Assembly (NCBI RefSeq): GCF_964204645.1 | Contig: NC_134033.1 | Location: 11,044,655 to 11,108,654, forward strand | DNA from: Tubulanus polymorphus | Lineage: Eukaryota; Animalia; Nemertea | Direction: 5' to 3' | Length of the DNA: 64,000 bases | Shown: piece by piece, positions 13,051 through 25,950 of the stretch | Layout of the letters: every line of letters begins with the position of its first letter | Numbering within the stretch: the first letter of the stretch is position 1 | The notes under the pieces: generated by a model | What the model saw: only the letters and a program-made list of their open reading frames with translations | The model's database searches: none | Told to the model about the DNA's origin: nothing | Program-made: the position numbers and the translations under genes

Positions 13051-13396
13051 TGTTATGGTCCATATATCCAATGCTGTGAATCCGGGTTGGGTTGTCCAAC
13101 TAGCGTCGTAGTAATAATTCCTCTTAACGATGGTGCGAGGACACTCTCTTAGATCAGATCTCAGTCCTTGATCTTGACTTCTTACACGGCTTTCAGATAT
13201 GACTTAACAATTTCTAAGTTATCTTTCGTTTATTTCCTCTTACTTGATGTATACAGATTATTCCTCGAAGCTCTCTCTAAAACCTCTTCTCTCCAGCCTC
13301 CCTATTTATATCCCTTTCTCTTGTGTAACGTGTGCAGGTCCTCTTCCGCATATGGCTTGGAATTCATGGCTTGTGACGTATTTATACGTCACAACA
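13051..13396 (-). mobile_element. LTR of an LTR retrotransposon, within a ~725-bp insert (13035-13758)
   Basis: Minus strand: TGTT...AACA ends, TATAAATA followed by AATAAA, purine tract GGATGGGAGGAA abutting the 5' end, and GGTGGAGAAT (tRNA-Ala PBS-like) just after the 3' end. Confidence 0.7.
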
Positions 13397-14254
13397 TTCC
13401 TCCCATCCATATATGGGCGATGACGTGTCAGCACACGTCACAATTTTCTAAAAATATATTTTTGCACTCAACGGAGTCCATGGCCGCACCATATTAGGTT
13501 TACCTACGTAGACACATACGTCACTTCCACACTTGTTAATTTATATAATTTCTATATATGTTAATGTATATACATATCCACGCAGGTTGTCTGATACTGC
13601 AATACTGGCCATGAACTCCAGCTTCCATGCACTAATTGTTGATATCGTTTAACCGCTGATAACTGAACCCTACTAATATGTTCCCGAAAGCTTTATTGGT
13701 ATAATTCATGAAAGCCCAATAATATATATATATATATATCCTTAACGTCTTCATAATAGTATAACTTGTAGCTCGGATTGTTTTCTGGAACAAATCCATT
13801 AAATGTTTGGGCTCAATATTGTTAACATATTTTAGAAATTAGTTTATTAGTTGTTTGATTGAAAATGATCGCATATTTACAGGTTTATATCATCCTTACA
13901 ATTGACATTGCCTGCTTCTGATAGCGGAAGCAATCTGTTGAATTATATATTGTTCGAAACATCCAACTGTGATGTAACACGCGACTGTTCATCTGAACAT
14001 CTGAACGCGTTTGTTTAGTTGTTACCTTCACAGCTAACTGTGTTACTGACTATCAGTTCAGAGATCCGGCACGTGCGCGATGCATTACATTGAAAGTCAA
14101 ATTAGGTCAAACGAATAGAATGTTGAAAACCTTGGAATAATCAGACTGAATTACTCCAAGATAAAGAAAAACCTACCGGTTACCCATAACATGTAGAATA
14201 CATTGATGTAATTGAAATTGATGATAATAATGATAATATTGCAGACAATATTTA

Positions 14255-14344
14255 GTGTTTACCCGGATAACCTGTTCCTCGTGTTTACCCGGATAACCTG
14301 TTCCTCATGTTTACCCGGAGAACCCGTTCCTCGTGTTTACCCCG
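14255..14344. repeat. 26-bp minisatellite, ~3.5 copies
   Basis: GTGTTTACCCGGATAACCTGTTCCTC repeated. Confidence 0.9.
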
Positions 14345-14569
14345 TCTCGGTACAACCATCGAAACCACGTCGGTTTCCGGAAACTGCCCGACGATCTTCA
14401 GTGGGTCCTTCGGGTGGTTCCTGCTTATATCATACAATACAATACACAATCTCATTACCTTTTTGAGGGTTGTTGTCGTGCGCATGGATAACCATGAAAT
14501 TTTTCGATACTTTGGTTTAAAAGCCTACTTACCATTTCTGCAGGAACTGTTGAGATGCAACTATATAGA

Positions 14570-14645
14570 GACAGTGGTCCAGGGACACCGTGCCCATTTG
14601 GTTTGAAATGCTCAACAATCAGCGAATGTCAACATTCAATGTCTT
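14570..14645 (-). mobile_element. 3'-end fragment of the Helentron-type element at 60638-61844
   Basis: Reverse complement GATTGTTGAGCATTTCAAACCAAATGGGCACGGTGTCCCTGGACC matches 61786-61838. Confidence 0.65.
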
Positions 14646-14979
14646 CTGGTCCCGGTTCCACAGTTATGAGTTAGAGTTAACTCCGAGTCAATTCATTTTC
14701 GATGTTTTAACTCTTCGAATTTAACTCAAAACTGCAGATCTTGATCCCGGTGAACACAATAAACCAACGACCATAGAATATATCATGAGCTACAACTTTG
14801 CAATCGATAGCGGTTACAAAATATCCAATATTCAACCCCCGATCAAACTTGGTGTTTTCAAATATTGTTTTTCCAGTAACAGTATAGCATACACGTACGG
14901 TAGAACTGTTTTACTGATAATAAGAGAAATACAATCTGATATATTGCATTTCTAAATAGAAATATCGACGTTTACTTAC

Positions 14980-15525
14980 TTTCTTTAAATATGGCTTGGA
15001 TAGCGAACGATCTGCTTCGTAATGCGTTGTGCTTAAATTCGGAAACACCATAATAAGTAAAGGAATCGACTGTCGAGTCATAGGTATAATCCCGTTTTTG
15101 CTTTACAACTGAGTGAAAATCGGGATTAAAAGGAGTTGTCAAAGCGTATTCGATAACTTGACCGCCCACAGGCGGTGTCGACGAATGCCAATCGCAGTGT
15201 ATACCGACTACATCACCAGATTTAAAATGTATTCTTTCATTCTGTGCGACGTTGTATCGAGTCGGACCGACTGGTCCCAAAGGTATAAGATTACTACCAA
15301 CGTGTGTGTACTCATGTGGGCTCGAGGCCGGACGCCATATACTGAAATATATGTTAGCTGTATTTACTGCCGAGAATATATTGTATCTCCATGCTGTTAC
15401 GATTCCATCATCAGTAAATGCGTTACCAACAACGAGTATCATTTTACAATTGTATTCTTCCACGTCGTTTACGTCATTCGCCCTAGCCATCTCTATAGCG
15501 ACTAAACTGCCCAAGCTTAGTCTAT
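14980..15525 (-). CDS. Single phase 1-1 exon encoding an uncharacterised ~180-aa beta-rich extracellular-type domain; rest of gene unresolved
   Basis: Open 546-bp frame between a TTTGCAG acceptor and a GTAAGT donor; motifs GIVTAWRY, SIWRP, YTHVGSN, FKSGDVVGIH. Confidence 0.7.
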
Positions 15526-16814
15526 CTGCAAAGTACAAATTAAAGACATTTTTGTCGGGTAAAGAAAGTGAAGCGTAATTAAACTGGGGCCTATTGTATA
15601 TTTTCCTATTAATTCTTGAAATATGGCAAAAACAAATCTATTACCGCTAAACGTAAATAATGGAAAATCTACTTTTCATTGTTTCTCATTAAATCAAATC
15701 ATGATATCTTGTAAAAATCGACATTTTACCAGGATTAAGACTAGTTTCCATCGTGCAAATATCATTGGAAGTCACTCGGCGAACTCGCGTAAGACCGCGT
15801 ATGATCACGTGGTACAAATCGAATCGCCTTATATAACGGACACTACAGTAACCCTGAATTTTCTGCGATTGAAAAGGCCCCCATTTTGTTTTTTGATCTA
15901 TCGACGAATGTGCTCGTCGTAGACGCCATCTTAAAACGCGAACCAACTCGCCGTATGGTACCCACGTTGGATACTCGTCTAGCTAAATGCGCCGAGTAGG
16001 GTACTCGAGTATGACGAGTTGGTTGAATAAATGGAAGATTTGACGGTGACATACGCTAGTTACTTAAATAAAAACGCCTATAAATTCATCGCATACTGAA
16101 CGATCGTTCGCTTTTGACCTATTGGTCCTAGCTTTAGTTTTGTGCAATATATCCAAAGAACAATAACGAAAATGTTTAACAACTACCTCTCCCCGAAGAT
16201 GCTGTTGAGTTTGAGCTATGAACGAAGGCTTTCTCTGTTGCAGATAAAACACATAGAACACTGTACGCGAAGATTATCATCGTCTCCAGTTGCCAAGAGT
16301 GCTTTCTCTACACGTCTTCTCAACTTCAATGCGACTGAACAAACCTATCATCGAAACAAAATTGGAATATATCTCAATTCAGAACGTCTTCAATACATTA
16401 TGGTTGCCTGGGTACTTCATTAATGTGTAAGTGTATTGGTATTGTATAAACAATACAGTATTTAGAAGAGAATACTTGAGGAAGAATGAATGACATTATT
16501 GAAATATGCATAGAAATTCCCCCGTGCAAATTTACCATAAATATTTCACAGGCTTCTCGTCGAATATAATTGCTGCAAATCGTAGATGAATGAATCGATA
16601 ATTCCATAATCGATTAATCTAGAGCATGAATTGAATTTGTAATCAAGTTCCATCTTCATTTTGTGTCGCCTGATCATTTTCTTGTGTACTAGTCTTCCGC
16701 TTGACAAAGCGCATGAACAATCGTTCAAAACATGCAACAGTGGGAGATCGAATGTACGGAAAGGGGGGGGTACCCTCTACTACGAGAATCTACGTTAAAA
16801 CTCGAAAATCACTG

Positions 16815-16990
16815 GCCAATCTGAGTAAGCCCTAGCCAATCTGAGTAAGCCCTAGCCAATCTGAGTAAGCCCTAGCCAAACTGAGAAAGCCCTAGCCAAT
16901 CTGAGTAAGCCCTAGCCAATCTGAGTAAGCCCTAGCCAAACTGAGAAAGCCCTAGCCAAACTGAGTAAGCCCTAGCCAATCTGAGTAAGG
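16815..16990. repeat. 20-bp minisatellite, ~9 copies
   Basis: GCCAATCTGAGTAAGCCCTA repeated. Confidence 0.95.
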
Positions 16991-17828
16991 CCGAGCCCTT
17001 CTCAGTAAGCCAAACGTAACCTACGTAGACACATAGGGAACAAGAGATCATGTGTAAATAAAAAACGCACCGAGGAAATCAGATGTTTCACAGTTTAGGG
17101 GATTCCATCAGCGATCAGTGATGACTGTTGCATCTAAAACTGTATCAATGTTAGTCAGGTTCGGGTTTTTGCGGATTCATACTTTTTACTTTTTCATATG
17201 CACAATTACCTAAATAGATTCCCATATGTCGGCAGATTCGTCGTATACGGGCATGTGTAACACGTAGAAAAATAAACTTGAATAGAGATAGGATTGGAAC
17301 TATAGAATCTATTCTTCGGTTATTGAGTTGATAAAAACTTCCACAAAATGCTGTAGCCTAAACTCATGAGTTGATTGTGAACATTAGAGCATTTAGGAGT
17401 ACTATCGATTTTTACAGCGCATAATCCGTACATATCCCACTCTAATAAACCTATCAACAAGGGTCCGATAATCAGCTACAGTTAAACCATCCGTCTAACT
17501 TTATGGATATTCATACGTAGAGCACTTATATAGTAGTTTCACAGAGTTACCGGTGTCGAAAGGCCGCAAGAAATATTCGGATCTTATAGCTAATACGAAG
17601 GTAAGCATTGTCTAAAGTAGGTGTTCTATCTTAGGTTATTGATCTTTTCAAACAAAGGAACGCCCATCACAATCAGTATCAGAAGCTTAATACCATATAT
17701 TTGGTATCATACTAAATCCAAGAAAACTTTCTAGAAATATATTCTAATATGTTCAAAATCGTTTTAAACCAAACGCTAATGAATTCCATTTACTATTTCA
17801 GTAAACCAGGTCTGATTTAAAGATTAAG

Positions 17829-20800
17829 ATGATTGATAAGATCGTGTTTTTCGTCCTGATGTGGGGTAAGTGAATACGTATTATATTTTTTCCTTTCTGT
17901 GTCACGATTCTATAAAACCAAACGGTGATTCAAAAAGCCCGGGTTCCGTGATATGAAATAGTTCTTGAATTTTTAAACTATTTTATTAGCAAAGATTTGT
18001 TACAGGTTACATTCAATCCGGCAAGTTTGAGATGGAAGTGTTTAGAGCAATATAATATAGACCTGTTGATTGATAATAAATACAAACTAAAGGAATTATT
18101 GATGTTCAGTTTTTATAAGATTTCTGACATGCTCTGTAATATTCACGATCCTCGTTAAATGGGAACTTTACCCTCCATGGTCATCGTGTAATTTGTATTA
18201 GGTCTAGCTTCCACAATATCGAGGATTCCTGAACTTGACTGTGGAGTGCACGTATAGTAGAATGAAAGAAACAAGAATTCACAGTTAGAATTGCTCGATG
18301 ATTTCGATCACAAAACGATTGAATGTCGAACAATGCAGGTATCGGTGAGCTGTATGGACCATGCAACCCCTCAATCAGTCGAAACTTCGTTAGTGTCATT
18401 ATTCTCCCGGCTCACCTCAAAATACATTTGAAGTGAAACTGAACTCATAGCCCTACACGCTATCAGTCATCGATTCACTTTCAAAAGGTGGTCCTTACCA
18501 CTTCTCACAACAACAAGAGTCCAATTCAAGTCTATGAATTTATACCCGGATGAGCTACGTTGCCCCATTTATCATGTATTTTGATGAGATTATATTTCTA
18601 CGTTAATTCGCTTGCAAAATGGTGTTATTTTGTAATACAGCAATAGTGAATTGTTCCCCGGTTGCTATACAACAAGGCGGCGATGACGACGACAAAGCTT
18701 GTATAAAAGATACGGTAAAACAGATGGTAGATTGCATGATGGGCGCCTATGATGATCTACAAAGTTTGGGCAGTTTTGACGTCATGAAAATATTACAGAC
18801 CGGTGACCACGATACGATGCTTAAAATATGCGAGTAAGTTGAATTACAAACTTCGTATCATTATTATATCAATAGAAATGAATAAATTAGGGACTGGGGC
18901 ACTTTCCTGAGCAGAAGGGACTGGGGCACGTCTGGAGTAGAAGGGACTGGGGCACGTCTGGAGTAGATGTATATCACCTTAGAATTTGATTTGGCCTCAT
19001 CATTTGACGTCACATGATTTGACGTGAATACATTTTGAAGTAAAGTTAGATTAAAGTACAAATTGTTCACAAGTTGAAATCTTCGAGATTCGTTTTATGC
19101 TGAGATAGTACGTCGTCTCAAAATCAAAGTGTCCTAAAATTTTAATTCATGCCGAACTACGCGTAATAGCGATTTCACAAACAGATAAGATTTTTGCTTA
19201 CAACTGCTATTTACCGGGACACCCGCAGTGAGCAATTTTACCTACATCCACCGTCAAACCATCTATCGTGGCCACGATACTATCGTTGTAACATGTCCAT
19301 TGAGTAGCTCGATGAATGCTCAAATTACAAAAAGTATCCACCACTTTCGCGATCATATAGATTGCAAACCTCCTGCGTAATAACTGGAAATATGATTACT
19401 AGATTAGTACTCGATTCAATAGTGAATAATGTAAATAATCAGATATTGCGTCTCGGGGGATGATAAATCTACGTACGACCACTAAATGTAGAATTCTTGG
19501 GCCACCGTTACATTCAGTTATATCGGGGTTTTACACTATTGCGAATACGTATCACCGTATCAACACCGGCTTCCTGTGATCGTAGAATCTAACTATTTTT
19601 TTAGAGGTGGGACATTTGATGAAATAGTCATGTGTACTGAGATGGCCCTGGAAACGTGTCCCGCAATAGTAGCGGCTTCGGGTGGTAGTCGCAATGATAT
19701 CAATAATGCTAAGCAATCTATAGACTATATGTGCCGTAATCACGACGGTAAGTACTGGTCCATCGGATCGAATATAGGCGCTACACGTAGTTCCTTATGG
19801 CGTAGTTCCTTATAGTCGCTGCAAAAATAATGAATTAAGTTGATCTCGTCTGATCGCCTGATAGCAGTAGCGCTTATTCGGAATTTATCATATAAGCACG
19901 TATTCAAAAAAGCAGCAACAGCAAAAAAACTTCATATGTTTAAGCTATAAAGGGATTACCGTACTGAAATAACCTGAAACTTTCTTCATCCGAAAGTGAA
20001 CGGTTGCTCGCCATGTTCCACACACAGATCGTTTCGAATCGTTGAATTACATCCCAACCGATGTGTGGAATCAAAGCACCCAAAATGTGCATATATTGAT
20101 TTTCTTACTCGTTCCCAATATTGATTTATAATTTCTAAACAAAAGTAATGAAAATTATAATCAGCGTAAGAGTCTTTGGCCACGAGAATGAAAAATGAAT
20201 ATCATGAATTTCATCTAAGGACGTCTTTGGAAAATGTTGTATTATTCAATTTGAAATCGGACGTGCATTAATTGTGATAAATGTATTGTAGAGTTGTTGG
20301 AAGTTTTGCCGTGTTATCAAAAGTCCGCGAAAGCTTTGGAAAATTGCAGAAAAAGAGCTAATGAAATACGTAGAGAGGACGACCGACACGCTGAATGCAG
20401 GTATCTACTTTATATCAGTTAGTGAACCAAAATGAATTGCTATGAATTGCAATTACTGCACCATCCGAAAAAACAATATTTACGTGAAAGTTAGTTGTGC
20501 CATTATATGTTGTGTGTTGGATTATGAATTCATGGCCTCAAAAATGAAGTCCGTAATTATTTCTTATCAAATTGCTAAGTTCCTTGATTCGGTTGGAATC
20601 CAATCTACATCATTAGATGCGAAAGGCGTTATTCAGAAATTGACAGTCGGATTCATATTGAATAATGATTTTGTTTTGCAAGAGGTCTGGAGTGGGAGAT
20701 AGCTTGCAGTATCGGCGTTGTGTCCAATCGACGTGAATGCAAATTAAACGCAGTTGCATTCCTGTCCGACCTAGAAAAACGTCAACGCCCCCTAGCGTGC

Positions 20801-21055
20801 AAGAATCCAGATGAGGATAATCACGTGGTTACCTACCAGCCAATCGACGACGGTCCTAAACAGGAGCACGAGATAAAGGAGGTTGAACCATCAGAGGAAG
20901 AGGAACCAGAATTCAAAGCAGGCGAATCTAAAAACACGGATAACTACAAGCGAAACGGATCAATGACCTTGACACCTTCATTTATCGTGGTGTTGGTGTG
21001 CTGCTGTTACGTGAGTCTTATTCTTCGGAGAACAAGTGAATTAAGTTCCGGCTAG
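17829..21055 (+). CDS. Cys-rich, probably helical secreted protein with a C-terminal hydrophobic (GPI/TM) segment; coding exons ~17829-17865, 18640-18833, 19605-19747, 20293-20400, 20710-21055
   Basis: Signal peptide MIDKIVFFVLMWAIVNC; GT/AG junctions are phase-consistent; C-terminus NGSMTLTPSFIVVLVCCCYVSLIL. Confidence 0.75.
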
Positions 21056-23665
21056 ACTTAAACGGGGCATTGTTTTTCGTATTTTTAACATTGTCCGTGC
21101 GGTGAACGTTCACCAGAAATTATCATTATCTTCTTTATTCATAGAATGCATCATTACAAAAAGGCATTTTACCATAGTAAACGGAATAGAGTTAGAAAAT
21201 TTCAAATAAATGACGTAAGTCTTCATTTCAATATTTCGAGATTTTCTGGCACAATACTAAATATCAGATACTGCGCAGCACTTAAAATATGTAAAATGAA
21301 ACCTAATGATGTGACCTTCTAATCAATGAATCAGTGTATTTATACATATTTTCATGTTATTCGTTGTTTTCAGCTGTAAATGTACATAATCGAACACGAT
21401 CCGTACGGAGACTCGTTCGCACTTTAGCTTATACATTTATGTACCTGTGTGTATTTGAAATATATACATGATATAGATATCGCTTCATTTATTAATCAAA
21501 CTGGTCGATTGGCTATACAACAACCCGGCATGCCTGGTTGTTCCGACGCGATAAATACGATGTTTCTGTCAACAAAACATTACTGGTGATAGATAAACAT
21601 ATTGACGCTTAGCCAGAAAAACTGCGATGACAAGAAGCCTGACAGAAATATGACGCGCCGTAGAATTAGAAGATTACTCGTGGATTGTGACCCGATAATT
21701 GGGGTCAGATATGAACATAATCTCTCGTATCAACAGAGGATAAAACGCGTTTAGTGACAAAATAAATGGACGTCTTTTCGATATGGTGTCATTTAATCTA
21801 TTCTAGGGACTGTCCATAAATAATGTCCACATAGAATTGTACAATTTTTGTAAAATGATTTACAGATATCCGGCCATGAGCTGCTAACGCAGGCGCCCGA
21901 TTGTGCACGTGCAGTTGGTGAAGGCGCGAGTTCGTGTGTCCCCGTGTGGTCCCTAGATCGCGTCTCAAATTCTATACGAATTTGCTGTTACAGGTATAAC
22001 TCAGAATTTGCACAATTTGCTCACGAGATGACGTATTTTCAACCCAGCACCGACCGAATGAATCAGGCCCAACTCAGGAGTTTTATATGCTGAGGTAGTT
22101 TACGTTCTGAGAGATGAAAGTGAAGTAATATTTTCAATTTACTCCTATGAATAAACAGTATTTTTATAGCCAGACACAAGTAGTTCACAAATGCGAATTC
22201 GGCGGCTATGGTAATAATCTTGATTAATATGTTTTCCTGCATGATTTGAATAAAATAAGTTGATTTAATGGTTACTTTATAAATGTGTTTTGCTATGGGA
22301 TATGAATAAGATAAGTAGATTTAATCGTTTAATGAATTGGGATAAAGATACAACTCGAGCTATTAGATTGAAATAAAAACCAACGTATGAATACAACATG
22401 TTAAACGATGTCTGAGGCAACACAAACTAACTAGGTTGTTGAGCCTGATATTTAGGAATCGATGTTTTCTCTTCACAAAACAGAATCACCCCTACCGATC
22501 AACTCCATCAACAATGTATGAAACAAATTCTATCGTCAAAAACGATTCTACCGACCCGCCAACCGGTTCACAATCGAAAGAAAATGTCTGGTCACTTTCA
22601 CAGCGATTCGAATCTACCACAAGTTGTCTCTTCTGTAAAACAAATGTTTTTCAGTGTGGCCTATAGGAGTCACGTTTATCGTCATTATGGAAATGTGAAA
22701 AGCAAATGAATGAATTTCTCGCGGATTTTGACAGTTTCAGGAAATGATATACGGTTTTTGGACGACATATAACTGTGTGTCTGACAATAGATACTGTATG
22801 CGCTGTTCATTCATTTGATTGCAGTAGATCGTGCTACATCGAAGTGAGTGAATATTATTCAAGCTTTTCGTAGATTTCTTATCTCATCTAGGAAACTGAT
22901 TTCTCAGTTAGATTAATAATAAATTGTTCATCGAAAATTAATCGCAATTTTAGCTAATCTAACTATAACTAGTTATTATTAATATTAGTATTACTAATTA
23001 TTATCATTATTAGTATTAGTATCATTAACTTCATATGTAATTATCACTTAGTGTTTATCAATTCCCTTTTTCACATTGCAATCCTCTATCAGGCACAGCC
23101 CCTAGGGTTTGGGCTTGTCCTTCTTAAACGTGTGCCTATTTGTCTATGAAATCATATCTAAATGAAGTATGTTTATAATCTTGTACATATTATAAGTAAA
23201 TAAATCATTCGTTCATTCACTGATTGGTGCACACATAGACGTAATCAAACGGAGACGATTCGGCCCGAGTCAAACCTTCCCGGCCCGCGGCCCGAGGCCC
23301 GCCTGGTTGACTGAAAGCGTGTTCAATCGTATACCACTCACTCGTTACTAATTACATTAAAACGCGATGCTGCGGCAAGCGAGTCGAGTAACTTCCGGGA
23401 CCGATAAGCGTTTAAATGGAATAATTTTATCCATGCTACAACATGCGCGTGGTCCAAACAGTTTAGTCGGGACGTGTCAACCAGACATGATCTCGTTTGA
23501 CACCAGAGCGAACTAGTGGCCGGGGCCTTCTCTGGCACGGACCATATTTGGCCCGGATAAAATTTCTCCTTGCTCGCTACCATTTTAGACATACGCGTGA
23601 AAGTAACTTAAACGTGAGTTGTTAATAAACAATAAAAGCAATAAAATCAGATATTTGATTCCAGA

Positions 23666-24719
23666 ATGGTTTCGTTTAAACTAATAATTCTGTTGGTAAC
23701 GGTATCGCTCGCCTGTGCTGCTGAAGGTAAGTATATACTGTAATAGATTTGGTTTAATAGATTTTCTTTTCGTCAGAATTTACTCATTCTTCATATCTTC
23801 ACCATCACGTTTGTTTATTTGTATTTTCAAGCGTTTGGTGATGAAAGGGTTGGTGTATTAGTGAAACGTAAGTTTGTAAATTTCAGTTTAATAAATGCTT
23901 TCTACACGTTGACATATTTTCAGTCAGCCCTCGATATACCGCGGGCCCGCATCGGTGAAGAACGATTTTGGCGGTATAGAGAGTATGGCGGTATATCGGG
24001 GGTGTTTTACTATGTATTTGTATTAAGATGTTCATCGAGAAAACCTGGCGGTAGGCGGTAAATGGGAGGGCGGTATATCGGGGTTGACTGTACACAGTGT
24101 ATCAAAAGAAATCATCTCTGTTTAAAACCTGCAGATTTGACTCTGGTCTCGTCTCCTAACGTAGTTTCGTGTAGATTCATTGGAAACATTTAGTAACGCC
24201 TTCGACATGCTCAAAGAAATATCCTTTCTTTTCTTTCGGGCCTTCCAATGTTCCTAGATCCAATCCGATATTAAGGAAGTCGGAAGAAAAATTGACCGAA
24301 AATCTCATCTGGACACAGTTTTACAGTTCTGAGCTCGATTTAACTTTGAGTTACAAATAGAAAGATTTGATATAGTCAGATTTCAGTTCTACAGTTCTGA
24401 GCTCGATTTAACTTACAGAGTTACAAATAGAAAGCTTTGATATAGTCAGGTTTCAGTCGAACAAGTCCTGTATAAAGTCTAATGTTGCTGCATTCCCTAA
24501 CGTAGCTACGTCTCCAAACCGAAATACTTGTTTTAAAGGGCCTATATATACTATGCTATCTTTTAGATGTTATCTAATATACGGTTTCTTATCTATAACT
24601 TGTCTGCCGTTGTAGGTGCCTGTACAAATCAGATCGGAGATGTGGCGTGTTCTCGACTAACCTGTGGGAGTCAAAAACATAAACTTGTGATGTGCAAAAA
24701 GAAATGCGGCACTTGTTAA
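23666..24719 (+). CDS. 54-aa precursor of a stand-alone ShK-toxin-like peptide (exons 23666-23726, 24616-24719)
   Basis: MVSFKLIILLVTVSLACAAE-G-ACTNQIGDVACSRLTCGSQKHKLVMCKKKCGTC*; phase-1 intron; AATAAA ~40 bp after the stop. Confidence 0.88.
23921..24090. mobile_element. Tc1/mariner-like MITE in the ShK gene intron
   Basis: CAGTCAGCCCTCGATATACCGC ... GCGGTATATCGGGGTTGACTG, followed by TA. Confidence 0.6.
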
Positions 24720-25750
24720 ACATAATAACTATTGAAGATGTGAATAATTGTCATCGATGAAATAAAAAATCAGTACCATGAAAAAAAACGCTTTTCGTTA
24801 TATACGTACATTGTGCGGTACCGGGAATAGTAATCAATAAATACCTTTGCAATTAGATTCTTATTCGCTATTCAATATATAACAAAAAAACTATTCAAGC
24901 TCTAAAAATGAATACAAATCACGATATCGTGGATCAACGGATACTAAAAATACGAATTCAAACCATAGAATAGATCTCAATGACATTAAGAACAGACTCT
25001 GAACATATCGATATTGTATAATGGAATACTCTGGGATTTATCTGAATAAAAGTCGTTGCGGAAATAAAGTGTTTGATTTTGATTATTTATGTTGGAGCGG
25101 GAGTGAGGATTCATGAGAGAGATCTGATGCCGGTTCAATAGTCATGGCTTACACTTAACACTTGACTAAAGAACATCATCTTATAGTTCTATAGCCAATC
25201 TAACAACTACTGCAACCCCTGCGCACCCCCTGTACTCGCCTTGGCGAACACCCTGTATCCACCCCCGCGAACACCCTGTATCCACCTCCGCGCATCCTCT
25301 GTTCCCACCCTGGCGAACCCCCTGTATCCGCCCCGCGCATCCCCTGTACCCGCCTTGGCGAACCACTTGTATCCGACACTGCGATCGAATGAATGAATGA
25401 ATGAATATTTTATTCTCAAGTGTAATTTACAGCACAAAGTTTACAAAATGCAGGATACGAATTACAGCAAATAGTTTTAGAAGTGCAAGAGAACATATTA
25501 CTAAGCTATAGAAACAGTGAAGAGGCTTCGTATGAATCGAGTTAAACAAGTATTTGCTCATTAATCCTGCAAATAGTTTTGAATGAGTCAGTCCGATTGC
25601 AAGGGTAAACGTGCGACTTCCGGTTACCACCGAAAGCTCCCGTGATATTTACCTGCAATTCAAATAGATTATGTTTCAATCGATTATTCTATTCTCTCAT
25701 TGAGCACGGGAATAAAATAGTCTGGAAAATATGTTAAAAGGCTTTTAAAA

Positions 25751-25950
25751 AATGATACCTTGTTTCTCCGCTCTGCTGAGCATAAAAGTTGACCCGGCCG
25801 GCCGCCTATCTACCCTATACATAACTTTTTTTTTTAAATCGTGATCAATTTTACCATAACAGACCCGGCCGCTATAGAAATGAACTGTTTGCAAATTTTA
25901 TCATATTTTTCAAAAATGACCCGGCCGCTGCGGAGAAACAAGGTATCATT
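25751..25950. mobile_element. MITE with ~21-bp TIRs
   Basis: AATGATACCTTGTTTCTCCGC ... GCGGAGAAACAAGGTATCATT. Confidence 0.7.

Larger units (their letters stand above)
3880..14250 (+). repeat. Tandem U6 snRNA gene array: ~1081-bp units, ~962-bp deleted units, partial terminal unit
   Basis: Near-identical spacer repeated ~9.5 times. U6 starts are spaced 1081, 1080, 1082, then 2043 and 2044 bp. Confidence 0.97.

Noticed and set aside
15841-17120. CACTA-type transposon beginning CACTACAGTAACC
   Set aside because: No matching right TIR or TSD found.
21866-22850. Exon-like Cys-containing segments between the anchored-protein and ShK genes
   Set aside because: The frames I read contain stops and no family is recognisable; possibly decayed coding sequence, but unsupported.
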